64,000 nt of DNA from a virus: IMG/VR virus record IMGVR_UViG_3300030108_004965, positions 32,001-96,000 of that record. The stretch is one strand, 5' to 3'. Below the pieces are notes generated by a model, which ran no database searches, was not told the DNA's origin, and worked only from the letters and a program-made list of their open reading frames with translations. Shown here in pieces: positions 46,884-54,393 of the stretch. Made by a program: the position numbers and the translations under genes. Position 1 is the stretch's first letter. Each line of letters opens with the position of its first letter.

Positions 46884-47270
46884 TTATTGTCTAAGGTGCG
46901 CTACGTAGGCGGCAGTTGCGAGTTCACAGCCAACACCGTTCTTAGCGTAGTGACGGGCGGTCTGGGCATTAGCAACGTCCATGCGAACAACCTGTGAACC
47001 AGCGTGTATCTCGACATAGTACTGACCTGAGGGAGACACGAAGGGCACGGCCTTATAGGTGTAAGTTGTTTCATCAACTTTGTTAGGGGCGCGACCTTCT
47101 GAAATAGCCCGTGCAGACGCGATGTTAGCACACGCTACAACCTCGGAGCGGTTGGGACGGACAGCCCAGATAGTTGGAACCATACGATTGAGAGGTCGTT
47201 CTAGACCTTCGACATGTACGGGGGTGAAAAGAGTTCCTTCGAAGTAAGTAGAGTTTGAAATGGTAGTCAT
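46884..47270 (-). CDS. hypothetical protein
   Basis: ORF track, GGAGG RBS, own promoter. Confidence 0.75.
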   Translation of the reverse strand: MTTISNSTYFEGTLFTPVHVEGLERPLNRMVPTIWAVRPNRSEVVACANIASARAISEGRAPNKVDETTYTYKAVPFVSPSGQYYVEIHAGSQVVRMDVANAQTARHYAKNGVGCELATAAYVAHLRQ

Positions 47271-47316
47271 AAGACCTCCGGAAATGAAAACAGAACCATT
47301 CTGCCTTCTTGTATAT

Positions 47317-47359
47317 AATGTATCATATTGAGAGAGAAATGCAAGGACATTATTTGTCC
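47317..47359 (-). promoter_or_regulatory. class A promoter + palindrome
   Basis: TTGCAT-N16-TACATT; palindrome 47345-47359 abuts -35. Confidence 0.75.
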
Positions 47360-47880
47360 GTTTTTTGATAACGCCCGAATGGTCGGTTCTTTGGAGGAAT
47401 AAAATTTCCTTCTGGATTAAAAGATTGTACGCGCCATCCGTATCGGTTGCCTCCTACAACCACGAGAGGATCGACGTATCCGCACTCTTGTTTATAGACA
47501 AGTTCGAGAGCATAAATATAATAACTGTTTAACTGAAGAATAGCACTACTGTAATCATCCCAGTCCCTCAGGACTTTCGCCTTCGCTACACGCCCGATGG
47601 CTAGGGACAACTTAGTGCCATTGATTTTATCGCTAGGTGTTCCGAATGGTCGGAGTTTTGCGATAGCCGCCGCATTGTCGTACAACCACTGAACCAACCA
47701 ACCGCATTGTTTCAACAACTTGGCTTCTACTTCCTCGATGAGCCGGGCTTCATCGGCATAGTTGTGAATGGAAACTTTGGAAAGTCTCTTCTTTCTCGAC
47801 CAGTCGAACCATTTATCGGTGTGGTGTGAAACGTCGGTATAATCGACCTTTGGGATAAACAGGGTTTTAAACTTCTTCAT
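47350..47880 (-). CDS. hypothetical protein
   Basis: ORF track, GGAG RBS, own promoter. Confidence 0.75.
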   Translation of the reverse strand: MKKFKTLFIPKVDYTDVSHHTDKWFDWSRKKRLSKVSIHNYADEARLIEEVEAKLLKQCGWLVQWLYDNAAAIAKLRPFGTPSDKINGTKLSLAIGRVAKAKVLRDWDDYSSAILQLNSYYIYALELVYKQECGYVDPLVVVGGNRYGWRVQSFNPEGNFIPPKNRPFGRYQKTDK

Positions 47881-47914
47881 CGTAACTCCTTTGGTGAAGA
47901 TTGCTTATACCTAT

Positions 47915-47942
47915 ATTGTATCACGATGAGCCGATTTGTCAA
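47915..47942 (-). promoter_or_regulatory. class A promoter without palindrome
   Basis: TTGACA-N16-TACAAT. Confidence 0.75.
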
Positions 47943-47957
47943 ATAAATAATGGTCTT

Positions 47958-47986
47958 TTGACATTCTCTTGACATTTGGCTATAAG
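47958..47986 (+). promoter_or_regulatory. divergent plus-strand sigma70 promoter
   Basis: TTGACA-N17-TATAAG pointing into the non-coding repeat tract. Confidence 0.55.
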
Positions 47987-48039
47987 CCCCGTGGCTCTAG
48001 GAGCGGAGCGACTTGGGTTTGGAGCGGCCTCCGGCTTAC

Positions 48040-48123
48040 ATAGTTATGTAAAGTTTTTTGTCCTCTCATAGTTATGTAAAGTTTTTACATTTAGAGACAT
48101 TTGTATAGTTATGTAAAGTTTTT
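48040..48123. repeat. three 19-bp direct repeats ATAGTTATGTAAAGTTTTT
   Basis: copies at 48040, 48068, 48105; gaps of 9 and 18 nt. Confidence 0.9.
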
Positions 48124-48147
48124 TGATCTCCTGCAAAACTTCGTTTT

Positions 48148-48312
48148 GTTACGCATGTAACGCTCGCACCTCACATATGACACACGTAACACGTAACACA
48201 CGCATTTTTTCACAAATGAAAAAACCTAATAAAATCGGGGGGTTAATGGTGGTTGCTCCTAAAGGATGTTACTCGGTTACGCTCGGTTTCTCCGTAACAC
48301 ATTGGCGGTTAC
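48148..48312. repeat. cluster of eight GTTAC/GTAAC pentamers incl. palindrome GTTAC-gcat-GTAAC
   Basis: 48148, 48157, 48186, 48193, 48268, 48276, 48294, 48308. Confidence 0.7.
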
Positions 48313-48631
48313 GATTGTTGCACACTACTTACAGATGGAGTTTCGTCTATAATGCCCGTAGAGCCGAAGGCTTCGTGCTTATTACACCCATAATACCAGC
48401 ACACAGGCACACACAACACAGAAGCCGCACAATCACGCATAGAGGCTTCTAAAAGCCCTCTCCTATACGACACCCACACGCAACGCAGGAAACGTTCACA
48501 AACAGCATTTACAGCCTTCTATGAGCATCTGTGAACACATACAAGTTCGCTCCTGTGGGAGTGAAGTGGGCTTAGGGATGGGGGGTAGTAGAGTAGTAGA
48601 GTAGACCGGACGGGGATAGGGTAGGGGAGTA

Positions 48632-48829
48632 CTAGTGTAGAAGGCCGCAGGACAGGGGCTTTAATCGTTTACTCTCAGTCCAGAAAGGTTTTATTTTATG
48701 TAAGAATGAAACATAAACATCAAGACCGTAATCATAAAAGGGTTCTTCTGGTACAGTCCTGAGAACCAAGACCATTCTATGGCCGTCCAGCATAAGCAAG
48801 TCACCTGCTGTTATGTCATTCCAGTTCAT
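48632..48829 (-). CDS. GDLV-family microprotein
   Basis: ITAGDLLMLD...VLVL...KRLKPL. Confidence 0.65.
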   Translation of the reverse strand: MNWNDITAGDLLMLDGHRMVLVLRTVPEEPFYDYGLDVYVSFLHKIKPFWTESKRLKPLSCGLLH

Positions 48830-49010
48830 CTAACACCTCGTAGTATATAAGGAATGACGACCAGTTTGTTGTGTGGACATTATCATAACTACCGAACATT
48901 CTAACACGTAAGTGTTCTACTGTGATATCATTCGTTTCATTCTTTCCTACAACTTCAGCATGTCCATAGTTTCCTTTACTATCTCTCACCAATAACTTTT
49001 TATTTTTCAT
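48816..49010 (-). CDS. hypothetical microprotein (paralog of 52040..52210)
   Basis: start MKNKK after GGAGG; LLVRDSKGNYGHAEVV. Confidence 0.7.
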   Translation of the reverse strand: MKNKKLLVRDSKGNYGHAEVVGKNETNDITVEHLRVRMFGSYDNVHTTNWSSFLIYYEVLDELE

Positions 49011-49186
49011 GTGTCCTCCGATGTTTTCACTTTGATTAACCATTTATTTGAGTGGTTGCTTGTTACGCCATTTGCCCATTGTACAGCACTTGCGCCCGAA
49101 TGAGATACAGAACCCTCAACAACTCTTATCACGATACCTAGACAGTCTTTGCTTCCGCTGTATCGCACTAAATCTCCTACCTTCAT
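49007..49186 (-). CDS. GDLV-family microprotein, 59 aa (not in track)
   Basis: MKVGDLVRYSGSKDCLGIVIRV...VQWANG; RBS in upstream LEAL codons. Confidence 0.75.
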   Translation of the reverse strand: MKVGDLVRYSGSKDCLGIVIRVVEGSVSHSGASAVQWANGVTSNHSNKWLIKVKTSEDT

Positions 49187-49371
49187 AATGCCTCCAAATA
49201 ATCTTTGTGTACTCGCCTTGTCTCACCATCGCTCCATGTTACATACCATCCAAGATCCCATTCTCTAACCAGAACACCGACCTGCTCTCGATAGTCAACA
49301 TTGTCCATCTGCTCGTATTTCCTTCCAACGCACCATACCATCGTCCATTTAACTAAATCTCCTTTTTTCAT
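49183..49371 (-). CDS. GDLV-family microprotein
   Basis: MKKGDLVKW...VGVLV...VTWSDG...YLEAL. Confidence 0.75.
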   Translation of the reverse strand: MKKGDLVKWTMVWCVGRKYEQMDNVDYREQVGVLVREWDLGWYVTWSDGETRRVHKDYLEAL

Positions 49372-49378
49372 TTTGTCC

Positions 49379-49552
49379 TCACGGGTTTGAGCATGCTATC
49401 AGTTCCATATCTTCATAGGAGCAAAGAACCGTTGTGTTGTCGAACAACTGGACAACAGCATACATTTCGCTTTCTGTGTCCTCCCAGTGGAGATCAATGA
49501 TGATCCCCATCTGGTCGATTATCTTGTCCTTTACCAAGTCTCCAATCTTCAT
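49379..49552 (-). CDS. GDLV-family microprotein, 57 aa (not in track)
   Basis: MKIGDLVKDKIIDQMGIIIDL...EDMELI. Confidence 0.75.
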   Translation of the reverse strand: MKIGDLVKDKIIDQMGIIIDLHWEDTESEMYAVVQLFDNTTVLCSYEDMELIACSNP

Positions 49553-49713
49553 TCTATCTTCTCCAGTTCATCGCTTGCCCACACACACGGCACAGGATAG
49601 GCACAGCCAGTTAACAATGAGCGCACAACGTAGAGCGCAGGTCTAATCTCGATGACTACCGCCAGTTCACCGAACTCTTTATCAAGCACCAAGTCTCCAA
49701 CATTAAACATCAT
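49549..49713 (-). CDS. GDLV-family microprotein, 54 aa (not in track)
   Basis: MMFNVGDLVLDKEFGELAVVIEI...DELEKIE. Confidence 0.7.
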   Translation of the reverse strand: MMFNVGDLVLDKEFGELAVVIEIRPALYVVRSLLTGCAYPVPCVWASDELEKIE

Positions 49714-49937
49714 CACTTCCAAGTAGGCTGAAGAGTTTCAGTGCAGAAGGTCAGGTCTTTGTGAGTAATCCACTTGTCGATACCATCGAACAGTTCGAGA
49801 TCCCAAGTTCGCAACTTGACTTCTTTGCCTTTGGTGTCGGTAGCATCGACATAACTGTACCCTTGCGATATAACTATGAAGAGTTCTCCGGTGCGTTCGT
49901 GGCGAACCAAGTCGCCTGATTTAAGTCGTAATCTCAT
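49713..49937 (-). CDS. GDLV-family microprotein
   Basis: LKSGDLVRHE...FIVI...DLELF. Confidence 0.75.
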   Translation of the reverse strand: MRLRLKSGDLVRHERTGELFIVISQGYSYVDATDTKGKEVKLRTWDLELFDGIDKWITHKDLTFCTETLQPTWK

Positions 49938-50116
49938 TTTGCCTCCAAAGCGTAGATTATTTCGTCGATTGCTTCATCAAGTTCGAGAAGGTCATGTGCC
50001 TCGTCTTGATTGGTTGTTGTTGATGTTCGATGGATTATCCATCGCTGGATTTGTACCAGTCTTTCGTAGTCAGGATTTTCAGTGTTGTTAAGGTATTGCC
50101 AAATCTTGTCAATCAT
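49934..50116 (-). CDS. hypothetical helical microprotein
   Basis: start MIDKIWQ after promoter leader. Confidence 0.65.
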   Translation of the reverse strand: MIDKIWQYLNNTENPDYERLVQIQRWIIHRTSTTTNQDEAHDLLELDEAIDEIIYALEAK

Positions 50117-50145
50117 CTTAGTTCCTTTTGTTGGGGTTATACTAT

Positions 50146-50188
50146 ATTGTATCACGTTGAGGGGAAAAGTCAAGGACAGAAAATGTCC
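50146..50188 (-). promoter_or_regulatory. class A promoter + palindrome
   Basis: TTGACT-N16-TACAAT; palindrome 50174-50188. Confidence 0.75.
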
Positions 50189-50190
50189 GT

Positions 50191-50406
50191 TTATGCGATT
50201 TTTGTTATGCCTCGGAGTAGACCGAGTTTTGTAAAGACCTTTTCTTTTCCCTTGCCATAAACAGGGGATTTAATGACCTCAGTTGTGATGTAAGGCGCAC
50301 CATAACGGCTTGTATCGCAAGAAGTGCCCGTTACAATGAGAACCTCATTGCCTACGTTACATTCGTTAAGGAGAATGTCTCCTATTTTGATCTCGGTGAT
50401 GTTCAC
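50191..50406 (-). CDS. GDLV-family microprotein
   Basis: IKIGDILLNE...LIVTG; GTG start after GGAG. Confidence 0.65.
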   Translation of the reverse strand: MNITEIKIGDILLNECNVGNEVLIVTGTSCDTSRYGAPYITTEVIKSPVYGKGKEKVFTKLGLLRGITKIA

Positions 50407-50437
50407 AGTGAACTCCTTTTGTTTGGGTTATATAAGT

Positions 50438-50480
50438 AATGTATCACGTTTTGAGAGTTTGTCGAGGACATAAAATGTCC
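50438..50480 (-). promoter_or_regulatory. class A promoter + palindrome
   Basis: TCGACA-N16-TACATT; palindrome 50466-50480. Confidence 0.75.
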
Positions 50481-50482
50481 GT

Positions 50483-50761
50483 TTATGCAATCAGCCCAGC
50501 ATGTCGAGCCGCTTCGGGAAGCATAATACTTGATGGCTTGACTTCACGCTTGATAAGTCCAACGTGTTGAGAAGTTGTCATCGAGATGAAGTCACCGCCT
50601 GTCGCTGTGAAGTCATAGACAACGATACCGCTTGTTGTCCACTCGGCAATCTTGAGTTTGTAAGAATAAAGAGCAGTACCATCGGTAAAAAGGTTAAGGC
50701 CGAGAGCGTCGCGACCGTTGAGGAAAGAGTTGATTACTTGTTCGTTTGTTGGGATTGGCAT
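50483..50761 (-). CDS. hypothetical protein (paralog of 52207..52512)
   Basis: TNEQV..F, TDG..LYSY, YD.TA.G, TTSQHVG. Confidence 0.75.
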   Translation of the reverse strand: MPIPTNEQVINSFLNGRDALGLNLFTDGTALYSYKLKIAEWTTSGIVVYDFTATGGDFISMTTSQHVGLIKREVKPSSIMLPEAARHAGLIA

Positions 50762-50791
50762 TGTTGCCTCCATTGTTTGGGTTACATATAT

Positions 50792-50834
50792 AATGTATCA
50801 CGTTTTAAGGTTTTGTCGAGGACATTTTATGTCC
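50792..50834 (-). promoter_or_regulatory. class A promoter + palindrome
   Basis: TCGACA-N16-TACATT; palindrome 50820-50834. Confidence 0.75.
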
Positions 50835-50855
50835 GTTTTTGTTTAGTCTCGAACA

Positions 50856-51074
50856 TCAGGGAGTTACAGGGAACACTTCATGTGCATGAAGCCAATAGGC
50901 CGAACCAAGCGATTGAAAGTGAACCTTGACCAGAAGCGTTGCTTGGTTCTTGTAACCCTCGACAGCAACGACTATTCCGATAGAACAGGTTCGCCATTGT
51001 CGATAGACGTTCTCATGCACATGGATACGAAGTGTCTCGCTATCCACGGTCACAAGATCGCCCACCTCGAACAC
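50856..51074 (-). CDS. GDLV-family microprotein
   Basis: MFEVGDLVTV...IGIVVAV...VKVHF...HEVF. Confidence 0.75.
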   Translation of the reverse strand: MFEVGDLVTVDSETLRIHVHENVYRQWRTCSIGIVVAVEGYKNQATLLVKVHFQSLGSAYWLHAHEVFPVTP

Positions 51075-51662
51075 CTATGAAACCAACTTTAAGGCGCATT
51101 GACCACGGACAACAGCGGCTACACCGTCCTTCTCAACCATTCTCATACCAGCCTTGCGGAAGTCCTCGATAAGTTGGGAATGTTCGGCAACATCATCACC
51201 AAAGCCATCACCAGCGATTTCATTGATATACTCTTGTATCCCCACAAGATCGAATACATAGATACTAACGTGTGGATTAGAAGTTGGATACTTCGTATAG
51301 GTGAAGTCAGGGAACTGACTACCATGTGCGCTATCCGCTTGATACACGATAAATCGGTTAAACTGTATCATTTCACGGGAAATGCGGTGCGCTTTGCTTG
51401 TATGGATCGAACCGCTTCTAACGTCTTTGGTAACGTATCTATAAGCATATTGGCGAAGCAAATCACCAGTAATCCCCTGAGCGATACGCTCAACAACCAC
51501 ACTGTCATGTTCCTCCATCAGTGCAGTCCAATAGATATAACCGCTGTCATCGCTTTCAAGTTTCAAGCCGTGAAGAGAATAGCCAAGAGCAGACATGAAG
51601 ATTGCTCTAAGAGCGTCGAGAGTTTGTAGTTGTGTATGACATTCAAAAGTAGGATTTAACAT
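51075..51662 (-). CDS. hypothetical protein
   Basis: likely start MLNPTF after GGAG. Confidence 0.7.
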   Translation of the reverse strand: MLNPTFECHTQLQTLDALRAIFMSALGYSLHGLKLESDDSGYIYWTALMEEHDSVVVERIAQGITGDLLRQYAYRYVTKDVRSGSIHTSKAHRISREMIQFNRFIVYQADSAHGSQFPDFTYTKYPTSNPHVSIYVFDLVGIQEYINEIAGDGFGDDVAEHSQLIEDFRKAGMRMVEKDGVAAVVRGQCALKLVS

Positions 51663-51729
51663 AAGAACTCCGAAGGAGAAGAGGTTATTGTAAATAGGGC
51701 TTAGAACCATTCCTTGCCCTCTTGTCTAT

Positions 51730-51803
51730 ATTGTATCTCGTTTAGAACAAACTGTCAAGTAAATCGGCTAAGTTTTTTGGATCTTTTCGGACATTTTTTG
51801 TCC
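51730..51803 (-). promoter_or_regulatory. class A promoter + distal palindrome inside upstream CDS
   Basis: TTGACA-N17-TACAAT; palindrome 51789-51803. Confidence 0.7.
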
Positions 51804-52050
51804 GTTTCTTAAATCCTCCGTTGCGTCCTTGCTTGTAAAGTTCGTTGGCACGGGCTTCATCAATAAATTCTATTTCTTCTTTGAGATTGAAATGTTTTGT
51901 ACAAAAGAACCATTTTTTACCATGACCCATAGACTGAAAAGTGACCATCCACAAGTCATCATTCGGGTTCTTTCGGGGCTTTATCCAAAGAGCATAGCCA
52001 ACCCCATACACTTGATGTTCACAGTATTTATATTTATCATCATTCGACAT
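51742..52050 (-). CDS. hypothetical protein
   Basis: ORF track, GAGG RBS. Confidence 0.7.
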   Translation of the reverse strand: MSNDDKYKYCEHQVYGVGYALWIKPRKNPNDDLWMVTFQSMGHGKKWFFCTKHFNLKEEIEFIDEARANELYKQGRNGGFKKRTKNVRKDPKNLADLLDSLF

Positions 52051-52210
52051 AATCGTAATCCTCAGTTAAAATGTGCAAGATGTTATGGTAGTGTGCATTG
52101 TAGTGAAAAATAACAGGAGTGTCGTAGTCATCGAAGAAATGAACATGCCAATAGTTATCAACTCTCTTGGCATGTCCGTATCCTCGATCAAAGTGACGAA
52201 CCAAAATCAT
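52040..52210 (-). CDS. hypothetical 56-aa protein (paralog of 48816..49010; not in track)
   Basis: MILVRHFDRGYGHAKRV...HVHFF. Confidence 0.6.
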   Translation of the reverse strand: MILVRHFDRGYGHAKRVDNYWHVHFFDDYDTPVIFHYNAHYHNILHILTEDYDYVE

Positions 52211-52512
52211 CGTCTGTTCTGCGGCAGAAGGCCGGAAGCCACCGCAGTCTCGACTAATACGACGTTTCGCCTTGGTACACGTTGCTTCACCATGCCAACA
52301 TGCTGTGATGTCGTTTGAGACTTGTAAGCGTTGCCACGGGCAGTGTAGTCGTATACTAGGGTAGTAGCCTTTCCATAATCATCTGGAATATGTTCGGCAA
52401 TCCGTAGGTTGTAAGAGAAGAGAGATTGACCATCTGTGGTCAATGCACCCCCATTTGCTGGTCGTTGGTTCATAAAAGCATTTACTACTTGTTCGTTAGT
52501 GTGTCTAGCCAT
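52207..52512 (-). CDS. hypothetical protein (paralog of 50483..50761)
   Basis: HTNEQVVNAF, TDGQSLFSY, YDYTARG, SQTTSQHVG. Confidence 0.75.
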   Translation of the reverse strand: MARHTNEQVVNAFMNQRPANGGALTTDGQSLFSYNLRIAEHIPDDYGKATTLVYDYTARGNAYKSQTTSQHVGMVKQRVPRRNVVLVETAVASGLLPQNRR

Positions 52513-52545
52513 TGTTACCTCCAATGGGTTTTGGGTTGTATATAA

Positions 52546-52583
52546 TACCTATCGGGTTGGATAGGATTTGTCAAGAAAAAAGT
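52546..52583 (-). promoter_or_regulatory. class B promoter
   Basis: T-tract-TTGACA-N17(ending AACCCGA)-TAGGTA. Confidence 0.7.
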
Positions 52584-52598
52584 TGAAAATAGTTCCAA

Positions 52599-52934
52599 TC
52601 ACCCCAGTTCTTCGCAAGCCAGATCAGCCTTTAATCTTCTGACCAGTGCGCCAGTCTTGCCCATGTCGGGGTGTGAGGTGATCAGATCGTAGGTAGGCAT
52701 GAGCCAGATTGGTTTGTGTTTTAGTTTATTAACGAACAGCAGGGCATTTTTGTAACTTGGAAATACCCCAACTTGCGCTCCAGAAAGCAGGTGAGTTACA
52801 ACATGCTTTTTGCTGTATCGTGTCCGTTCTTTTTGCTGTTTCTCTTTCCATTCTTTCACGCACCGATGAATGATAAAAGGATAAACATGTTCGGCTGGCA
52901 TTGTACAGGTCAGTTGATCAAAGTTGTATGTCAT
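52599..52934 (-). CDS. hypothetical protein
   Basis: ORF track; start uncertain (MTYNF). Confidence 0.6.
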   Translation of the reverse strand: MTYNFDQLTCTMPAEHVYPFIIHRCVKEWKEKQQKERTRYSKKHVVTHLLSGAQVGVFPSYKNALLFVNKLKHKPIWLMPTYDLITSHPDMGKTGALVRRLKADLACEELG

Positions 52935-53024
52935 AATGTTAATTGTTTGTCTCGTAAGGCTCATAAACGCTCCTATAAGGCATTTGTGAAGGTTCATAGG
53001 GGTACAGGTAGGGTAGGAGGAGAG

Positions 53025-53042
53025 AAGCCCCTAAAGGGGCTT
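53025..53042 (-). terminator. hairpin terminator
   Basis: AAGCCCC-4nt-GGGGCTT at the stop of 53041 gene, followed by pyrimidine tract. Confidence 0.65.
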
Positions 53043-54294
53043 ATTTGTCCACCGCAATGACACGCTCATTCGTTGTGAAGTATGGACGAGAAGCACACTC
53101 CGGAGTAGTCATCCACATACGCTGACACTTCGATGGTACGGGCTTAGGTGCTTCCATATCAGTTAGAATGATATGACCATCAAAGTTGCGCTCATTGACC
53201 CAACGGGTCGGAGCGTCGAAGCAAGTACCACCGCAAGAGACACGCTCGAAGGTTCGACGTTTCCCCTTCTTCCAGACATAGACTTCATCTTCAGCAACGA
53301 CTGTATCGAAGGGAACAACGGTAAACTCGGCATACTTGGCAAGTCCGTTAAGTTCTGCGAAGAAGATGGAAAGCATTTGATCTGAAACAGATCCCGACTG
53401 GTCGATAGAGATAGCAATCTTGGCTGTACGGTTGACCTTCTTTCCAGCATGAATGTAAGGGAAACGCTTGTTAATCCTACGGACTGTCGAGCGACGATTA
53501 GCCCGTTGGGAAGTCTTGACAAAGTATCGAAGCACAGACCGCCAGTTCACCTTCGGTGTAACCATATCTTGGATCTTCTTTCTCATACCTTGGGATACAG
53601 TACCCCAGCCACGACCGCCAGCATTGACTTCATCGGTTGCCTTGCGGATAACGTCTTTCAAGCGTTCCTCGGCCATAGCCTTAGTCTCTTGATCGACTTC
53701 TCCCCAACCGCTGTGGTCATCGAGGCTATCAGGCAAGCCGCCACCGCCTTTACCTTGCCCATCACCATCGGAAGGATCGCCAGAGCCAGAACCTTCGCCA
53801 TCTTGACCTTCGCCTTGACCTTCGCCTTCGCCATCTTTAGGCTTGAACTGCTCGTCATTCTGAAGTTTGGAGAAGTACCACTCAGCCGACATTTCCAGAG
53901 GATAGTCTTGAAACGGCTCTTGTGTCGGGATACAGCCACCTTCGGGAAGTTTACCAACCAAGAAGGAGTTGATCGCAAGGTCTGTGGCTACATTCCACAT
54001 TTTGGACATACCCTCCGGTGGTAGGCGACCAGTAACATGTTCTAAGATAAGATGATAAAACTCATGCATAAGAACCCCAAGCCGCTGTTCTTCTGGAAGA
54101 TCAGCAAAGAAGTTAGGATTGTACATCATGACGAACTGAGCAGTCTCTTTGTCAATCATTACACCAGCGGTAGGAATAGCGGTGCTTTCCACTTTGTGAA
54201 TACGACGAGACAAGCCAGCGAAGAAGGGTTCGGATTGTAGCAACTTGAAAGTGTGTTTGTTCAAGTCAAACTTGGGAGTTGTTTTGTCAGTCAT
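53041..54294 (-). CDS. DUF2201-type putative metallopeptidase + vWA domain
   Basis: PTAGV, LMHEFYH (HExxH), N.A.DLAINS, acidic Gly linker, LDDH..W, IDQSGS MIDAS, GGT.F, ILTD. Confidence 0.88.
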   Translation of the reverse strand: MTDKTTPKFDLNKHTFKLLQSEPFFAGLSRRIHKVESTAIPTAGVMIDKETAQFVMMYNPNFFADLPEEQRLGVLMHEFYHLILEHVTGRLPPEGMSKMWNVATDLAINSFLVGKLPEGGCIPTQEPFQDYPLEMSAEWYFSKLQNDEQFKPKDGEGEGQGEGQDGEGSGSGDPSDGDGQGKGGGGLPDSLDDHSGWGEVDQETKAMAEERLKDVIRKATDEVNAGGRGWGTVSQGMRKKIQDMVTPKVNWRSVLRYFVKTSQRANRRSTVRRINKRFPYIHAGKKVNRTAKIAISIDQSGSVSDQMLSIFFAELNGLAKYAEFTVVPFDTVVAEDEVYVWKKGKRRTFERVSCGGTCFDAPTRWVNERNFDGHIILTDMEAPKPVPSKCQRMWMTTPECASRPYFTTNERVIAVDK

Positions 54295-54324
54295 AAGACC
54301 TCCAAGGTTTTGGGTTATGTAATA

Positions 54325-54359
54325 TACTTATCGGGTTAGACAGGAGTTGTCAAGAAAAA
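54325..54359 (-). promoter_or_regulatory. class B promoter
   Basis: TTGACA-N17(AACCCGA)-TAAGTA. Confidence 0.7.
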
Positions 54360-54393
54360 GGAGTAAAAAACCTTGACAACCCCCGTCACTTCG

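Noticed and set aside
48040-48123. Direct repeats as a mini-CRISPR array
   Set aside because: Only three 19-bp copies with 9- and 18-nt gaps; too short and irregular, and no cas operon (the PD-(D/E)XK gene is 25 kb away and stand-alone).
48123-48452. Plus-strand 109-aa ORF downstream of the divergent promoter
   Set aside because: TTG start inside the third repeat, no SD, low-complexity translation of repeat DNA.
49549-49713. Apparent frameshift at the GTGTGTGT run in a GDLV ORF
   Set aside because: Recounting the dinucleotide run gives an intact frame ending DELEKIE*.
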